From a virus (lineage: Duplodnaviria > Heunggongvirae > Uroviricota > Caudoviricetes): 35,384 bases of DNA. This document shows, in pieces, positions 8,539 to 17,714 of this stretch (positions are counted from its first letter, which is position 1; every line of letters starts with the position of its first letter). The notes under the pieces are model-generated. The model did not search any database, had not been told where the DNA came from, and saw only the letters and a list, made by a program, of their open reading frames with translations. The stretch lies in the IMG/VR virus record IMGVR_UViG_2684622552_000007, positions 1 through 35,384 of that record; one strand, written 5' to 3'. The position numbers and the translations under genes were made by a program.

Positions 8539-8724
8539 ATGTACAAAAAAGATGTTATTGACCACTTCGGAACCCAGCGTGCTGTTGCTAAAGCTCTAGG
8601 CATTAGCGATGCAGCAGTCTCTCAGTGGAAAGAAGTTATCCCAGAGAAAGACGCCTATCGATTGGAAATCGTTACAGCTGGCGCTCTGAAGTATCAAGAA
8701 AGTGCTTACCGCCAAGCGGCATAA
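8539..8724 (+). CDS. cro: Cro repressor (61 aa)
   Basis: MYKKDVIDHFGTQRAVAKALGISDAAVSQWKEVIPEKDAYRLEIVTAGALKY matches P22 Cro by recall; divergent from c2. Confidence 0.8.
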   Translation: MYKKDVIDHFGTQRAVAKALGISDAAVSQWKEVIPEKDAYRLEIVTAGALKYQESAYRQAA

Positions 8725-8731
8725 GTAAATT

Positions 8732-8771
8732 GCTCTTTAACAGTTCTGGCCTTTCACCTCTAACCGGGTGA
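8732..8771 (+). promoter_or_regulatory. nutR-like site: boxA (GCTCTTTAA) and boxB hairpin (TCACC-TCTAACCG-GGTGA)
   Basis: Seen directly downstream of cro; the loop shares CTAACC with the nutL boxB. Confidence 0.55.
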
Positions 8772-8839
8772 GCAAACATCAGCGGCAAATCCACTGGGTG
8801 TGCCGCTATAACTCCATATCAATATAGGAAAATTAACAA

Positions 8840-9136
8840 ATGGCACAAACAAGTTACAGCAAGCCAACACAGCGAGAAATTGATCGCGCAGAAACAGATT
8901 TACTCATCAACCTGTCAACGCTTACCCAGCGCGGTCTGGCAAAGATGATTGGCTGTCATGAATCGAAGATAAGCAGAACGGACTGGAGATTTATTGCTTC
9001 GGTTCTGTGTGCTTTTGGAATGGCATCAGACATCAGTCCGATTAGCAGAGCATTTAAGTATGCATTGGATGGAATCACAAAGAAAAAATCCCCGGCTGCC
9101 ACCGAGGATTCTGAGCAAATTGATATGCAATTCTGA
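8840..9136 (+). CDS. c1: C1 (lambda CII analogue) lysogeny activator
   Basis: Position after cro/nutR, size (98 aa) and HTH segment RGLAKMIGCHESKISR; recalled as P22 C1-like. Confidence 0.7.
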   Translation: MAQTSYSKPTQREIDRAETDLLINLSTLTQRGLAKMIGCHESKISRTDWRFIASVLCAFGMASDISPISRAFKYALDGITKKKSPAATEDSEQIDMQF

Positions 9137-9168
9137 GGGAATTACTGGATCAATCCACAGGAGTCATT

Positions 9169-9330
9169 ATGACAAAACGTCGTAAGAAATACCAGGAAAA
9201 AGAAGAGATTCGACACCCTGATTCACCTGAGGGATTAGTGGTAGCCGCAGCAAATAACAGGGCGTTCGCAGAGCGCCTTGTTGGTGTTTACAGACTAGCC
9301 AAAGCAGGAGTGAAACATGGGCGTCGTTAA
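9169..9330 (+). CDS. Small basic ORF (53 aa) between c1 and the replication gene, below track threshold
   Basis: [53 protein letters not shown]; AGGAGT SD upstream of ATG 9169; 3' end overlaps the start of the next gene. Confidence 0.35.
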   Translation: MTKRRKKYQEKEEIRHPDSPEGLVVAAANNRAFAERLVGVYRLAKAGVKHGRR

Positions 9331-10138
9331 GTTAGCTGATTACAGGCCTCAACTGGAGGTCGTGGAGCATCGCGTGGCAGATACCGAAGATGGTTTCATG
9401 CGCGTTGCTAACGAGATTACCGACAGTCTGCTGATGGCTGATTTAACCGTCCGGCAGTTGAAGGTGATGCTCGCTATCATGCGCAAGACATACGGATTCA
9501 ATAAGCCGATGGATCGACTCACAAACACGCAGATAGCAGCCATGACAGGTATTCATCACACTCATGTTTGCGCTGCCAAACGCCAGCTTATCGAGCGTAA
9601 ATTCCTCATTGCTGATGGCGTGAAAATCGGAGTGAACAAGGTGGTTTCTCAGTGGATTAGCCAGGACAGCTTAACATTAGCTAAAACAGCTAATAAAACA
9701 TTAGCCAAGTCGGCTAATGGGTATAAGCCAAGTCAGCTAAACACAAAAGACAATATACAAAAGACAATAAATACAAATACCCCCTTACCCCCTAACGGGG
9801 GCGGCGATGGGCAGGTTAAACCTGAACGTCGCAAGGCAGAGCGAATCGACTACGAATCCTTCCTGAACGCCTACAACACCGAAGTCGGTGACAGACTTCC
9901 ACACGCTGTTGCGGTCAACGAGAAACGCAAACGTCGCTTGAAGAAAATCATTCCGCAACTGAAAACGCCAAACGTGGACGGTTTCAGAGCGTATGTCAGG
10001 GCGTTTGTGCATCAGGCCAAGCCGTTTTACTTCGGAGACAACGACACGGGCTGGACGGCTGATTTTGATTACCTGCTGAGAGAAGACTCGTTAACGGGAG
10101 TTCGGGAAGGGAAGTTTGCAGACAGGGGGATTGCATGA
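9317..10138 (+). CDS. Replication initiation protein (P22 gene 18 / lambda O analogue)
   Basis: 273 aa, directly upstream of and overlapping the DnaB-like helicase; N-terminal region resembles P22 gp18 by recall. Confidence 0.7.
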   Translation: MGVVKLADYRPQLEVVEHRVADTEDGFMRVANEITDSLLMADLTVRQLKVMLAIMRKTYGFNKPMDRLTNTQIAAMTGIHHTHVCAAKRQLIERKFLIADGVKIGVNKVVSQWISQDSLTLAKTANKTLAKSANGYKPSQLNTKDNIQKTINTNTPLPPNGGGDGQVKPERRKAERIDYESFLNAYNTEVGDRLPHAVAVNEKRKRRLKKIIPQLKTPNVDGFRAYVRAFVHQAKPFYFGDNDTGWTADFDYLLREDSLTGVREGKFADRGIA

Positions 10139-11511
10139 GACAGGATATCGAAGCGAGCGTTATCGGTGGCCTGCTGATTGGTGGATTAACTCCAACCGCC
10201 AGCGACGTTCTGGCAACGCTGGAGCCGGAAGCGTTTTCAATTCCGCTCTACCGGAAAGCCTTCGAGGTTATCCGCAAGCAGGCGCGAAACAGAAACCTAA
10301 TCGACGCGCTGATGGTTGCTGAGGAGTGCGGAGAGGAGCATTTCACGTCAATCCTGATGACCAGCAAAAACTGCCCGAGTGCCGCAAACCTGAAGGGATA
10401 TGCCGGAATGGTCGCGGATAACTATCACCGCCGTCTGGTGCTGGAAATCATGGATGAAATGCGTGAACCAATTCAGAGCGGAACCATCGACGCATCGAGT
10501 CAGGCGATGGATGAACTTGTAAAGCGTCTTTCAGCCATCAGAAAGCCCCGTGACGAGGTTAAACCTGTACGGTTAGGGGAAATCATAACTGACTACACTG
10601 ACACGCTTGACAGGCGTCTGAGGAACGGAGAAGAGTCAGATACCCTGAAGACCGGAATCGAAGAACTTGACGCTATCACCGGAGGGATGAACGCGGAAGA
10701 CCTTGTGATAATCGCCGCTCGTCCTGGTATGGGGAAAACCGAACTGGCGCTGAAGATTGCCGAAGGCGTTGCAAGCCGCGTTATTCCTGGTTCTGACGTC
10801 CGGCGCGGAGTGTTGATTTTCTCGATGGAAATGAGCGCATTGCAGATTGCAGAGCGAAGCATTGCCAACGCCGGGAGGATGTCGGTTAGCGTGCTGCGAA
10901 ATCCAGCATCGATGGATGACGAAGGCTGGGCGCGCGTTGCTAACGGCATGAGTCAGCTTGCAGATTTGGATGTATGGGTAGTCGATGCCTCGCGGTTATC
11001 GGTCGAAGAAATACGCTCAATCGCAGAACGGCACAAACAGGAAAATCCAAACCTGTCACTCATCATGGCGGATTATCTTGGCCTGATTGAGAAGCCGAAA
11101 GCAGACCGCAACGACCTCGCAATTGCTCATATCTCAGGAAGCCTGAAGGCGATGGCGAAAGACCTGAAAACGCCTGTTATCTCCCTAAGTCAGCTTTCAC
11201 GCGATGTTGAGAAGCGACCAAACAAACGCCCGACAAACGCAGATTTGCGTGATTCAGGAAGCATTGAACAGGACGCAGACTCAATCATCATGCTCTATCG
11301 GGAAGCTGTATATGACGAGAACAGTAGCGCCGCGCCATTTGCTGAAATCATTGTGACGAAAAACCGTTTTGGCTCGCTTGGTACGGTTTACCAGCGGTTC
11401 TGTAACGGACACTTTGTTGCATGTGACCAGGATGAAGCCAGACAGATTTGCACAACATCAAATGCACCCGCTGCACGTGGCAGGCGATATGCACAAGGGG
11501 CTGACGTATGA
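10135..11511 (+). CDS. DnaB-like replicative helicase (P22 gene 12 analogue)
   Basis: 458 aa; RecA-like core with Walker [10 protein letters not shown], Walker B-like LIMADYLGL and the SLSQLSR segment typical of DnaB-family helicases. Confidence 0.85.
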   Translation: MRQDIEASVIGGLLIGGLTPTASDVLATLEPEAFSIPLYRKAFEVIRKQARNRNLIDALMVAEECGEEHFTSILMTSKNCPSAANLKGYAGMVADNYHRRLVLEIMDEMREPIQSGTIDASSQAMDELVKRLSAIRKPRDEVKPVRLGEIITDYTDTLDRRLRNGEESDTLKTGIEELDAITGGMNAEDLVIIAARPGMGKTELALKIAEGVASRVIPGSDVRRGVLIFSMEMSALQIAERSIANAGRMSVSVLRNPASMDDEGWARVANGMSQLADLDVWVVDASRLSVEEIRSIAERHKQENPNLSLIMADYLGLIEKPKADRNDLAIAHISGSLKAMAKDLKTPVISLSQLSRDVEKRPNKRPTNADLRDSGSIEQDADSIIMLYREAVYDENSSAAPFAEIIVTKNRFGSLGTVYQRFCNGHFVACDQDEARQICTTSNAPAARGRRYAQGADV

Positions 11512-11536
11512 CCATCTACATTACTGAGCTAATAAC

Positions 11537-11569
11537 AGGCCTGCTGGTAATCGCAGGCCTTTTTATTTG
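11537..11569 (+). terminator. Intrinsic terminator between replication genes and the nin region (tR2-like position)
   Basis: AGGCCTGC-TGGTAATC-GCAGGCCT followed by TTTTTATTT. Confidence 0.65.
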
Positions 11570-11584
11570 GGGGAGAGGGAAGTC

Positions 11585-12025
11585 ATGAAAAAACTAACCT
11601 TTGAAATTCGATCTCCAGCACATCAGCAAAACGCTATTCACGCAGTACAGCAAATCCTTCCAGACCCAACCAAACCAATCGTAGTAACCATTCAGGAACG
11701 CAACCGCAGCTTAGACCAAAACAGGAAGCTATGGGCCTGCTTAGGTGACGTCTCTCGTCAGGTTGAATGGCATGGTCGCTGGCTGGATGCAGAAAGCTGG
11801 AAGTGTGTGTTTACCGCAGCATTAAAGCAGCAGGATGTTGTTCCTAACCTTGCCGGGAATGGCTTTGTGGTAATAGGCCAGTCAACCAGCAGGATGCGTG
11901 TAGGCGAATTTGCGGAGCTACTAGAGCTTATACAGGCATTCGGTACAGAGCGTGGCGTTAAGTGGTCAGACGAAGCGCGACTGGCTCTGGAGTGGAAAGC
12001 GAGATGGGGAGATCGGGCTGCATGA
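11585..12025 (+). CDS. ninB: NinB (Orf-family recombination mediator)
   Basis: MKKLTFEIRSPAHQQNAIHAVQQILPDP... matches NinB by recall; GGGAGAGGGAAG SD; the track start at 11567 is a TTG extension. Confidence 0.8.
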   Translation: MKKLTFEIRSPAHQQNAIHAVQQILPDPTKPIVVTIQERNRSLDQNRKLWACLGDVSRQVEWHGRWLDAESWKCVFTAALKQQDVVPNLAGNGFVVIGQSTSRMRVGEFAELLELIQAFGTERGVKWSDEARLALEWKARWGDRAA

Positions 12026-12549
12026 CTATCAAATCAAATACGCCGGCACACGACAAGGACTGCTGGCAAACGCCGCTTTGGCTTTTTGATGCACTGGATA
12101 TTGAGTTTGGATTCTGGCTGGATTCAGCTGCGAGCGACAAAAATGCTCTGTGCGCTCACTGGCTAACTGAGGCCGACGACGCACTCAATTCTGAGTGGAT
12201 AAGCCACGGTGCAATCTGGAATAACCCACCGTACAGCAATATCAGGCCGTGGGTGGAAAAAGCAGCTGAGCAGTGCATACAACAGCGACAGACGGTAGTT
12301 ATGCTTGTGCCAGAGGATATGTCAGTCGGATGGTTCAGCAAGGCTCTGGAGAGTGTCGACGAAGTTCGCATTATCACTGATGGACGGATTAATTTTATCG
12401 AACCATCGACAGGGCTGGAGAAGAAGGGAAACAGCAAAGGCTCCATGCTGCTGATTTGGCGACCGTTCATCAGTCCTCGACGGATGTTTACTACCGTATC
12501 CAAAGCGGCATTGATGGCGATCGGGCAGGGCGTTAGGAGGGCGGCATGA
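12022..12549 (+). CDS. Phage Dam-like N6-adenine DNA methyltransferase (orphan; no restriction partner seen)
   Basis: From ATG 12022 (ATGA overlap with the ninB stop): [26 protein letters not shown]... with NPPY catalytic motif (IWNNPPYS). The track ORF start at 11962 is an in-frame extension. Confidence 0.75.
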   Translation: MTIKSNTPAHDKDCWQTPLWLFDALDIEFGFWLDSAASDKNALCAHWLTEADDALNSEWISHGAIWNNPPYSNIRPWVEKAAEQCIQQRQTVVMLVPEDMSVGWFSKALESVDEVRIITDGRINFIEPSTGLEKKGNSKGSMLLIWRPFISPRRMFTTVSKAALMAIGQGVRRAA

Positions 12550-12728
12550 GACGACAGCGACGAAGTATCACCGACATCATCTGCGAAAACTGCAAATACC
12601 TTCCAACGAAACGCTCCAGAAATAAACGCAAGCCAGTCCCAAAAGAATCTGACGTAAAAACCCTCAATTACACGGCTCACCTGTGGGATATCCGGTGGCT
12701 TAGAGAACGTGCGAGGAATACAAGGTGA
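12546..12728 (+). CDS. ninE: NinE
   Basis: [60 protein letters not shown] matches lambda NinE by recall. Confidence 0.75.
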   Translation: MRRQRRSITDIICENCKYLPTKRSRNKRKPVPKESDVKTLNYTAHLWDIRWLRERARNTR

Positions 12729-12895
12729 TTGACCCAAATCGAAGTTACGAACAAGAAAGCGTCGAGCGAGCTTTAACGTGCGCTAACTGCGGTCAGAAGC
12801 TGCATGTGCTGGAAGTTCACGTGTGTGAGCACTGCTGCGCAGAGCTGATGAGCGATCCGAATAGCTCAATGTACGAGGAAGAAGACGATGAGTGA
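12725..12895 (+). CDS. ninF: NinF (56 aa, GTG start), below track threshold
   Basis: Hand translation [56 protein letters not shown] matches lambda NinF by recall; GTGA overlap with the ninE stop. Confidence 0.65.
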   Translation: MIDPNRSYEQESVERALTCANCGQKLHVLEVHVCEHCCAELMSDPNSSMYEEEDDE

Positions 12896-13157
12896 TTTCT
12901 CTGAGCTTATTTCCTTCAAAAAAGACAGAGAAGAAATGCGGACTGAATCTGTCTATTACGTTCAACACCGGAATAAACGCTCGGTGCTTGATCAGGAGTT
13001 GGTTATTACCGGAGACCTGGCATTCAGAACATATAAGGCCAGCATGGAAATGAAGGATTTCCCTAAATGTGGTTCTGAAAGAGAAGCCGCGTTAAAGCTG
13101 GCTGAGTGGATGCAGAGAATGGCTGCTGCAATTGAGAATTACTGGAGTGAACCATAA
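12888..13157 (+). CDS. Hypothetical nin-region protein (89 aa)
   Basis: Track ORF; start overlaps the ninF 3' end; no family recognised. Confidence 0.5.
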   Translation: MSDFSELISFKKDREEMRTESVYYVQHRNKRSVLDQELVITGDLAFRTYKASMEMKDFPKCGSEREAALKLAEWMQRMAAAIENYWSEP

Positions 13158-13447
13158 TGGCTAACCTACGCAAAGAAGCACGCGGCAGAGAATGCCAGGT
13201 ACGTATTTACGGAATATGCAATGGTAATCCTGAAACTACAATTCTGGCACATTACAGGATGGCTGGAATTTGCGGAACGGGAATGAAGCCTGACGACCTG
13301 ATCGGCGCATGGGCTTGTAGCGCGTGTCACGATGAAATCGACCGACGCACCCATAATATCGACAACAAAGACGCCAGACTTTACCACCTCGAAGGCGTGA
13401 TCAGGACGCAGGCGATACTGCTGAAGGAGGGGAAGATTAAGTCATGA
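13157..13447 (+). CDS. YbcO-like (DUF1364) Cys-rich putative nuclease (96 aa)
   Basis: MANLRKEARGRECQVRIYGICNGNPETTILAHYR...CSACHDEIDRRTH resembles DLP12 YbcO by recall; sits directly upstream of rusA as in DLP12. Confidence 0.6.
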   Translation: MANLRKEARGRECQVRIYGICNGNPETTILAHYRMAGICGTGMKPDDLIGAWACSACHDEIDRRTHNIDNKDARLYHLEGVIRTQAILLKEGKIKS

Positions 13448-13806
13448 ACGAATATCAGTTTGTGCTTCCATACCCGCCGTCGGTGAATACCTACTGGCGA
13501 AGACGGGGAAGCCAATACTACATCAGCGATAAAGGCCAGAAATACCGAAAAGACGTTCAGCAAATCATCCGCCAACTTAAGTTAGACATTTTCACCAAAT
13601 CACGACTCCGCATCAAAGTCATCGCAGACGTTCCAGACTCCCGCCGCCGCGACCTCGACAACATCCTGAAAGGTTTACTCGACTCCCTTATCCACGCCGG
13701 ATTTGCGGAAGACGACGAGCAATTCGATGACATTCGCGTAATTCGTGGCGTGAAAGTACCAGGCGGAAGGCTTGGAATAAAAATCACCGAACTGGAGAAC
13801 GCATGA
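13444..13806 (+). CDS. rusA: RusA-family Holliday-junction resolvase (120 aa)
   Basis: LPYPPSVNTYWRRRG ... DSRRRDLDNILKGLLDSLIHAGF ... GGRLGIKITEL matches RusA conserved blocks (recall). Confidence 0.8.
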   Translation: MNEYQFVLPYPPSVNTYWRRRGSQYYISDKGQKYRKDVQQIIRQLKLDIFTKSRLRIKVIADVPDSRRRDLDNILKGLLDSLIHAGFAEDDEQFDDIRVIRGVKVPGGRLGIKITELENA

Positions 13807-13991
13807 ACGCCACAATTCAAACGATACCAGAGCTTCTTATCCAGACACGAGGCAATCAGACCGAAGTGGCAAGGATGCTTTCCTGCGCAAGAGGAACAGT
13901 GCTCAAGTACAACCGAGACAGCAAAGGCGAGCGTCATGTAATAGTTAACGGCGTCCTGATGGTCAAACAGGGCAAGAGGGGGAGACGATGA
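13803..13991 (+). CDS. ninH: NinH
   Basis: IPELLIQTRGNQTEVARMLSCARGTVLKYNRDSKGERHVIVNGVLMV resembles lambda NinH by recall. Confidence 0.65.
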   Translation: MNATIQTIPELLIQTRGNQTEVARMLSCARGTVLKYNRDSKGERHVIVNGVLMVKQGKRGRR

Positions 13992-14611
13992 GACTCGAAA
14001 GCGTAGCTAAATTTCATTCGCCAAAAAGCCCGATGATGAGCGACTCACCACGGGCCACGGCTTCTGACTCTCTTTCCGGTACTGATGTGATGGCTGCTAT
14101 GGGGATGGCGCAATCACAAGCCGGATTCGGTATGGCTGCATTCTGCGGTAAGCACGAACTCAGCCAGAACGACAAACAAAAGGCTATCAACTATCTGATG
14201 CAATTTGCACACAAGGTATCGGGGAAATACCGTGGTGTGGCAAAGCTCGAAGGAAATACTAAGGCAAAGGTACTGCAAGTGCTCGCAACATTCGCTTATG
14301 CTGATTATTGCCGTAGTGCCGCGACTCCGGGCGCAAGATGCAGAGATTGCCACGGTACAGGTCGGGCGGTTGATATTGCCAAAACAGAGCAGTGGGGGAG
14401 AGTTGTTGAGAAAGAATGCGGAAGATGCAAAGGTGTCGGCTATTCAAGAATGCCAGCAAGCGCCGCATATCGCGCTGTAACGATGCTAATCCCAAACCTT
14501 ACTCAACCTACCTGGTCACGCACTGTTAAGCCGCTGTATGACGCTCTGGTGGTGCAATGCCACAAAGAAGAGTCAATCGCAGACAACATTTTGAATGCGG
14601 TCACACGTTAG
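13988..14611 (+). CDS. Q: Late-gene antiterminator Q (lambda type, 207 aa)
   Basis: MRLESVAKFHSPKSPMMSDSPRATASDSLSGTDVMAAMG... essentially identical to lambda Q by recall; followed by the pR-prime/qut region. Confidence 0.9.
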   Translation: MRLESVAKFHSPKSPMMSDSPRATASDSLSGTDVMAAMGMAQSQAGFGMAAFCGKHELSQNDKQKAINYLMQFAHKVSGKYRGVAKLEGNTKAKVLQVLATFAYADYCRSAATPGARCRDCHGTGRAVDIAKTEQWGRVVEKECGRCKGVGYSRMPASAAYRAVTMLIPNLTQPTWSRTVKPLYDALVVQCHKEESIADNILNAVTR

Positions 14612-14653
14612 CAGCATGATTGCCACGGATGGCAACATATTAACGGCATGATA

Positions 14654-14682
14654 TTGACTTTTTGAATAAAGTTGGGTAAATT
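14654..14682 (+). promoter_or_regulatory. Late promoter pR-prime (with overlapping qut region)
   Basis: TTGACT (14654-14659), 17-bp spacer, TAAATT (14677-14682); flanking DNA matches lambda pR-prime by recall. Confidence 0.8.
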
Positions 14683-14689
14683 TGACCCA

Positions 14690-14882
14690 ACGATGGGTTA
14701 ATTCGCTCGTTGTGGTAGTGAGATAAAAAGAGGCGGCGCTTACTACCGATTCCGTCTAGTTGGTCACTTCGACGTATCGTCTGGAACTCCAACCATCGCA
14801 GGCTGAGAGGTCTGCAAAATGCAATCCCGAAACAGTTCGCAGGTAATAGTTAGAGCCTGCATAACGGTTTCGGGATTTTTTA
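14690..14882 (+). ncRNA. 6S late leader RNA (pR-prime to tR-prime transcript, about 193 nt)
   Basis: Starts at ACGATGGG about 8 nt downstream of the -10 and ends at the tR-prime terminator; matches the lambda 6S region by recall. Confidence 0.7.
14823..14882 (+). terminator. tR-prime intrinsic terminator
   Basis: AATCCCGAAAC ... GTTTCGGGATT long hairpin followed by TTTTTTAT. Confidence 0.8.
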
Positions 14883-15279
14883 TATCTGTGTAACAGGTAA
14901 GAGCATTCTCCCTTATGGGGCTTGGCTTAAATGCATTGAGTGCTCTTTCCGTTGTGCTGAATTAAGCGAACACCGGAAGCAGAACCGGATCACCAAATGC
15001 GTACAGGCGTCATCGCCGCCCAGCAACAGCACAACCCAAACTGAGCCGTAGCCACTGGCTATCCTGAACTCATCAGTGATAGTTACGCTGCGGCCTTCTA
15101 TACATGAACTTCGTGAAAGCGGGTGGCAAGAGGTTGCGCTAACAACCTCCTGCCGTTTTGCCCGTGCATATCGGTCACGAACAAATCTGATTACTAAACA
15201 CAGTAGCCTGGATTTGTTCTATCAGTAATCGACCTCATTCCTAATTAAATAGAGCAAATCCCCTTATTGGGGGTAAGAC

Positions 15280-15603
15280 ATGAAGATGCCAGAAAAACAT
15301 GACCTGTTAGCCGCCATTCTCGCGGCAAAGGAACAAGGCATCGGGGCAATCCTTGCGTTTGCAATGGCGTACCTTCGCGGCAGATATAATGGCGGTGCGT
15401 TTACAAAAACAGTAATCGACGCAACGATGTGCGCCATTATCGCCTGGTTCATTCGTGACCTTCTCGACTTCGCCGGACTAAGTAGCAACCTCGCTTATAT
15501 AACGAGCGTGTTTATCGGCTACATCGGTACTGACTCGATTGGTTCGCTTATCAAACGCTTCGCTGCTAAAAAAGCCGGAGTAGAAGATGGTGGAAATCAA
15601 TAA
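15280..15603 (+). CDS. S: Class I holin S (S107 antiholin / S105 holin dual-start motif MKM)
   Basis: [60 protein letters not shown]... matches lambda S by recall. Confidence 0.9.
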   Translation: MKMPEKHDLLAAILAAKEQGIGAILAFAMAYLRGRYNGGAFTKTVIDATMCAIIAWFIRDLLDFAGLSSNLAYITSVFIGYIGTDSIGSLIKRFAAKKAGVEDGGNQ

Positions 15604-16063
15604 TCAACGTAAGGCGTTCCTCGATATGCTGGCGTGGTCAGAGGGAACTGATAACGGACGGCAGAAAACCAGAAATCATGGTTATGACGTCATTGTAGGC
15701 GGAGAGCTATTCACTGATTACTCAGATCACCCTCGCAAACTTGTCACGCTAAACCCCAAACTCAAATCAACAGCTGCAGGCCGTTACCAGCTTCTTTCCC
15801 GTTGGTGGGATGCCTACCGCAAGCAGCTTGGCCTGAAAGACTTCTCTCCGAAAAACCAGGACGCTGTGGCATTGCAGCAGATTAAAGAGCGTGGTGCTTT
15901 ACCGATGATTGATCGCGGTGATATCCGTCAGGCAATCGACCGTTGCAGCAATATCTGGGCTTCACTGCCGGGCGCTGGTTATGGTCAGTTCGAGCATAAG
16001 GCTGACAGCCTGATTGCAAAATTCAAAGAAGCGGGCGGAACGGTCAGAGAGATTGAGGTATGA
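15587..16063 (+). CDS. R: Endolysin R (lambda-type lytic transglycosylase)
   Basis: [52 protein letters not shown]... matches lambda R by recall. Confidence 0.9.
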   Translation: MVEINNQRKAFLDMLAWSEGTDNGRQKTRNHGYDVIVGGELFTDYSDHPRKLVTLNPKLKSTAAGRYQLLSRWWDAYRKQLGLKDFSPKNQDAVALQQIKERGALPMIDRGDIRQAIDRCSNIWASLPGAGYGQFEHKADSLIAKFKEAGGTVREIEV

Positions 16064-16497
16064 GCAGGTTAACCGCGATTATCTCCGCTCTGATTATCTG
16101 CATCGTCGTCTGTCTGTCATGGGCTGTTAATGATTACCGTGATAACGCCATCGCCTACAAAGACCAGCGCGATAAAGCCACATCTATCATCTCTGATATG
16201 CAGAAGCGTCAACGTGATGTAGCTGAACTCGATGCCAGATATACAAAGGAACTTGCTGATGCTAACGCGACTATCGAAAGTCTCCGTGCTGATGTTTCTG
16301 CTGGTCGTAAGCGCCTGCAAGTCGCCGCCACCTGTGCAAAGTCAACGACCGGAGCCAGCAGCATGGGCGATGGAGAAATCCCAAGACTTACAGCAGATGC
16401 TGAACTCAATTATTACCGTCTCCGAAGTGGAATCGACAAGATAACCGCGCAGGTTAACTACCTGCAGGAATACATCAGGACGCAATGCCTGAAATAA
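16060..16497 (+). CDS. Rz: Rz i-spanin (inner-membrane spanin component)
   Basis: N-terminal TM segment [16 protein letters not shown] then coiled-coil periplasmic domain; position after R. Confidence 0.8.
   Translation: MSRLTAIISALIICIVVCLSWAVNDYRDNAIAYKDQRDKATSIISDMQKRQRDVAELDARYTKELADANATIESLRADVSAGRKRLQVAATCAKSTTGASSMGDGEIPRLTADAELNYYRLRSGIDKITAQVNYLQEYIRTQCLK
16259..16444 (+). CDS. Rz1: Rz1 o-spanin lipoprotein embedded in the +1 frame of Rz
   Basis: [20 protein letters not shown] lipoprotein signal with lipobox Cys, then Pro-rich mature region [13 protein letters not shown]; AAGGA SD upstream of ATG 16259. Track ORF 16232-16444 is the same frame with an earlier start. Confidence 0.6.
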   Translation: MLTRLSKVSVLMFLLVVSACKSPPPVQSQRPEPAAWAMEKSQDLQQMLNSIITVSEVESTR

Positions 16498-16528
16498 TTT
16501 TTTTGCAAATCACAAAGTCCATTTAATG

Positions 16529-16553
16529 AGCCTCGCGATGCGGGGCTTTTTTA
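16529..16553 (+). terminator. Intrinsic terminator after the lysis cassette
   Basis: AGCCTCGC-GAT-GCGGGGCT hairpin (one G-U pair) followed by TTTTTTAT. Confidence 0.55.
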
Positions 16554-16699
16554 TGTCCGCAGTAAACGCGCTTCACACGCGCGACTTATGAACACAGAGC
16601 CTTTCAGGATGACCCTTGAGGATGCCGGTTTGGTTATCGGTGCCTTTCTGTGGGCCGGAATCCTGTGTGACAAGGTTCATCACTAAAAGGTAATTACCG

Positions 16700-17242
16700 A
16701 TGAATTATCCAACTATCGTTGACGGCATTGATTTCAAAGAACTGGTTTTTATTACCAACAATGACCCTGTCACCGATTCATTTATGGTGGCGAAAGCATT
16801 TCGTAAGCGACATGACAACGTTGTGCGTGATGTAGAAAGAACTATCGCTGCTTGTCCTGAAGAGTTTGATACAAAACTCAATTTTGAGGTTTGCTATAAA
16901 AACAATGAGTTACAGAATGGTAAGCCACAAAAATTCTATCGGCTACGTAAGGATGGGTTGATGCTTTTGGTTATGTCCTACACCAAAAAAGAAGCAATGC
17001 GTATCAAAATTGCTTACATCAACGCATTCAACTGGATGTACGCCATGCTTCAGGTTGGTCATCGTCAATTTGAAGAAGAGAGAAATGCCGTAATGCTGGA
17101 GTACATGAAAGAGAAGGATGTTGCCAGCATGTCAGGTCGCCTGCTTAATCGCTGGGGAAAAATTAAGAAGCCTCAGCTAATGGCGAGAATTGAACGCCTT
17201 GAACAGCACGGGCAAACCGTAATCCCCGGACTCACTAATTAA
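16700..17242 (+). CDS. rha: Rha-family phage regulatory protein (180 aa)
   Basis: N-terminal block VAKAFRKRHDNVVRDVER matches the conserved KRHDNV(L/V)RD motif of Rha proteins (recall). Confidence 0.7.
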   Translation: MNYPTIVDGIDFKELVFITNNDPVTDSFMVAKAFRKRHDNVVRDVERTIAACPEEFDTKLNFEVCYKNNELQNGKPQKFYRLRKDGLMLLVMSYTKKEAMRIKIAYINAFNWMYAMLQVGHRQFEEERNAVMLEYMKEKDVASMSGRLLNRWGKIKKPQLMARIERLEQHGQTVIPGLTN

Positions 17243-17469
17243 CAGCAGTACCACGAAGCAACCCAAGCCAGTAAGTGGGGAAATAACACTGGCAGCCACT
17301 GAAAGATGAACCTCCTGCCTTATGGCAAAAAAGATTCTTTGTGGTGGCGGACTGATGGAAAGACATCGGTTATTGCAGAGACCATTCAATGAGTGGTCTC
17401 GACAATGGCTTATACCCTACACGGGATAACTTAACTGATATCCCTTTTAACGGATAAACGGAGCCAACA

Positions 17470-17712
17470 ATGGCAGAGATTATTCCCATGACTGAAGAAC
17501 AGAAATTCCAGTTAGAGATTTACAAGCTGGTAATGAACCAGAACGCAGCTGCAGAGGAAGCATTTCAGTTCATTGGCACTGACGAGCTGAAGCTTGAGCT
17601 ATTCAAAATTCACTTCCAGTCAGGCGGCGCTAATTCGGATATCACGATCCGCACATTTGAAGCGGTGCGTAAATCGAAGGAAGCGTTAGACCTGTTCACT
17701 ACCGGAGCATAA
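17470..17712 (+). CDS. Hypothetical protein (80 aa) upstream of the terminase genes
   Basis: Track ORF; GGAG upstream of ATG; no family recognised. Confidence 0.5.
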   Translation: MAEIIPMTEEQKFQLEIYKLVMNQNAAAEEAFQFIGTDELKLELFKIHFQSGGANSDITIRTFEAVRKSKEALDLFTTGA

Positions 17713-17714
17713 AC

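Noticed and set aside
12156-12737. 193-aa minus-strand ORF antisense to the Dam-like and ninE genes
   Set aside because: Opposite strand of a tightly coupled nin operon; no start context; shadow ORF.
16588-16686. 32-aa ORF (MNTEPFRMTLEDAGLVIGAFLWAGILCDKVHH) after the lysis terminator
   Set aside because: No Shine-Dalgarno sequence; kept only as a note under the intergenic finding.
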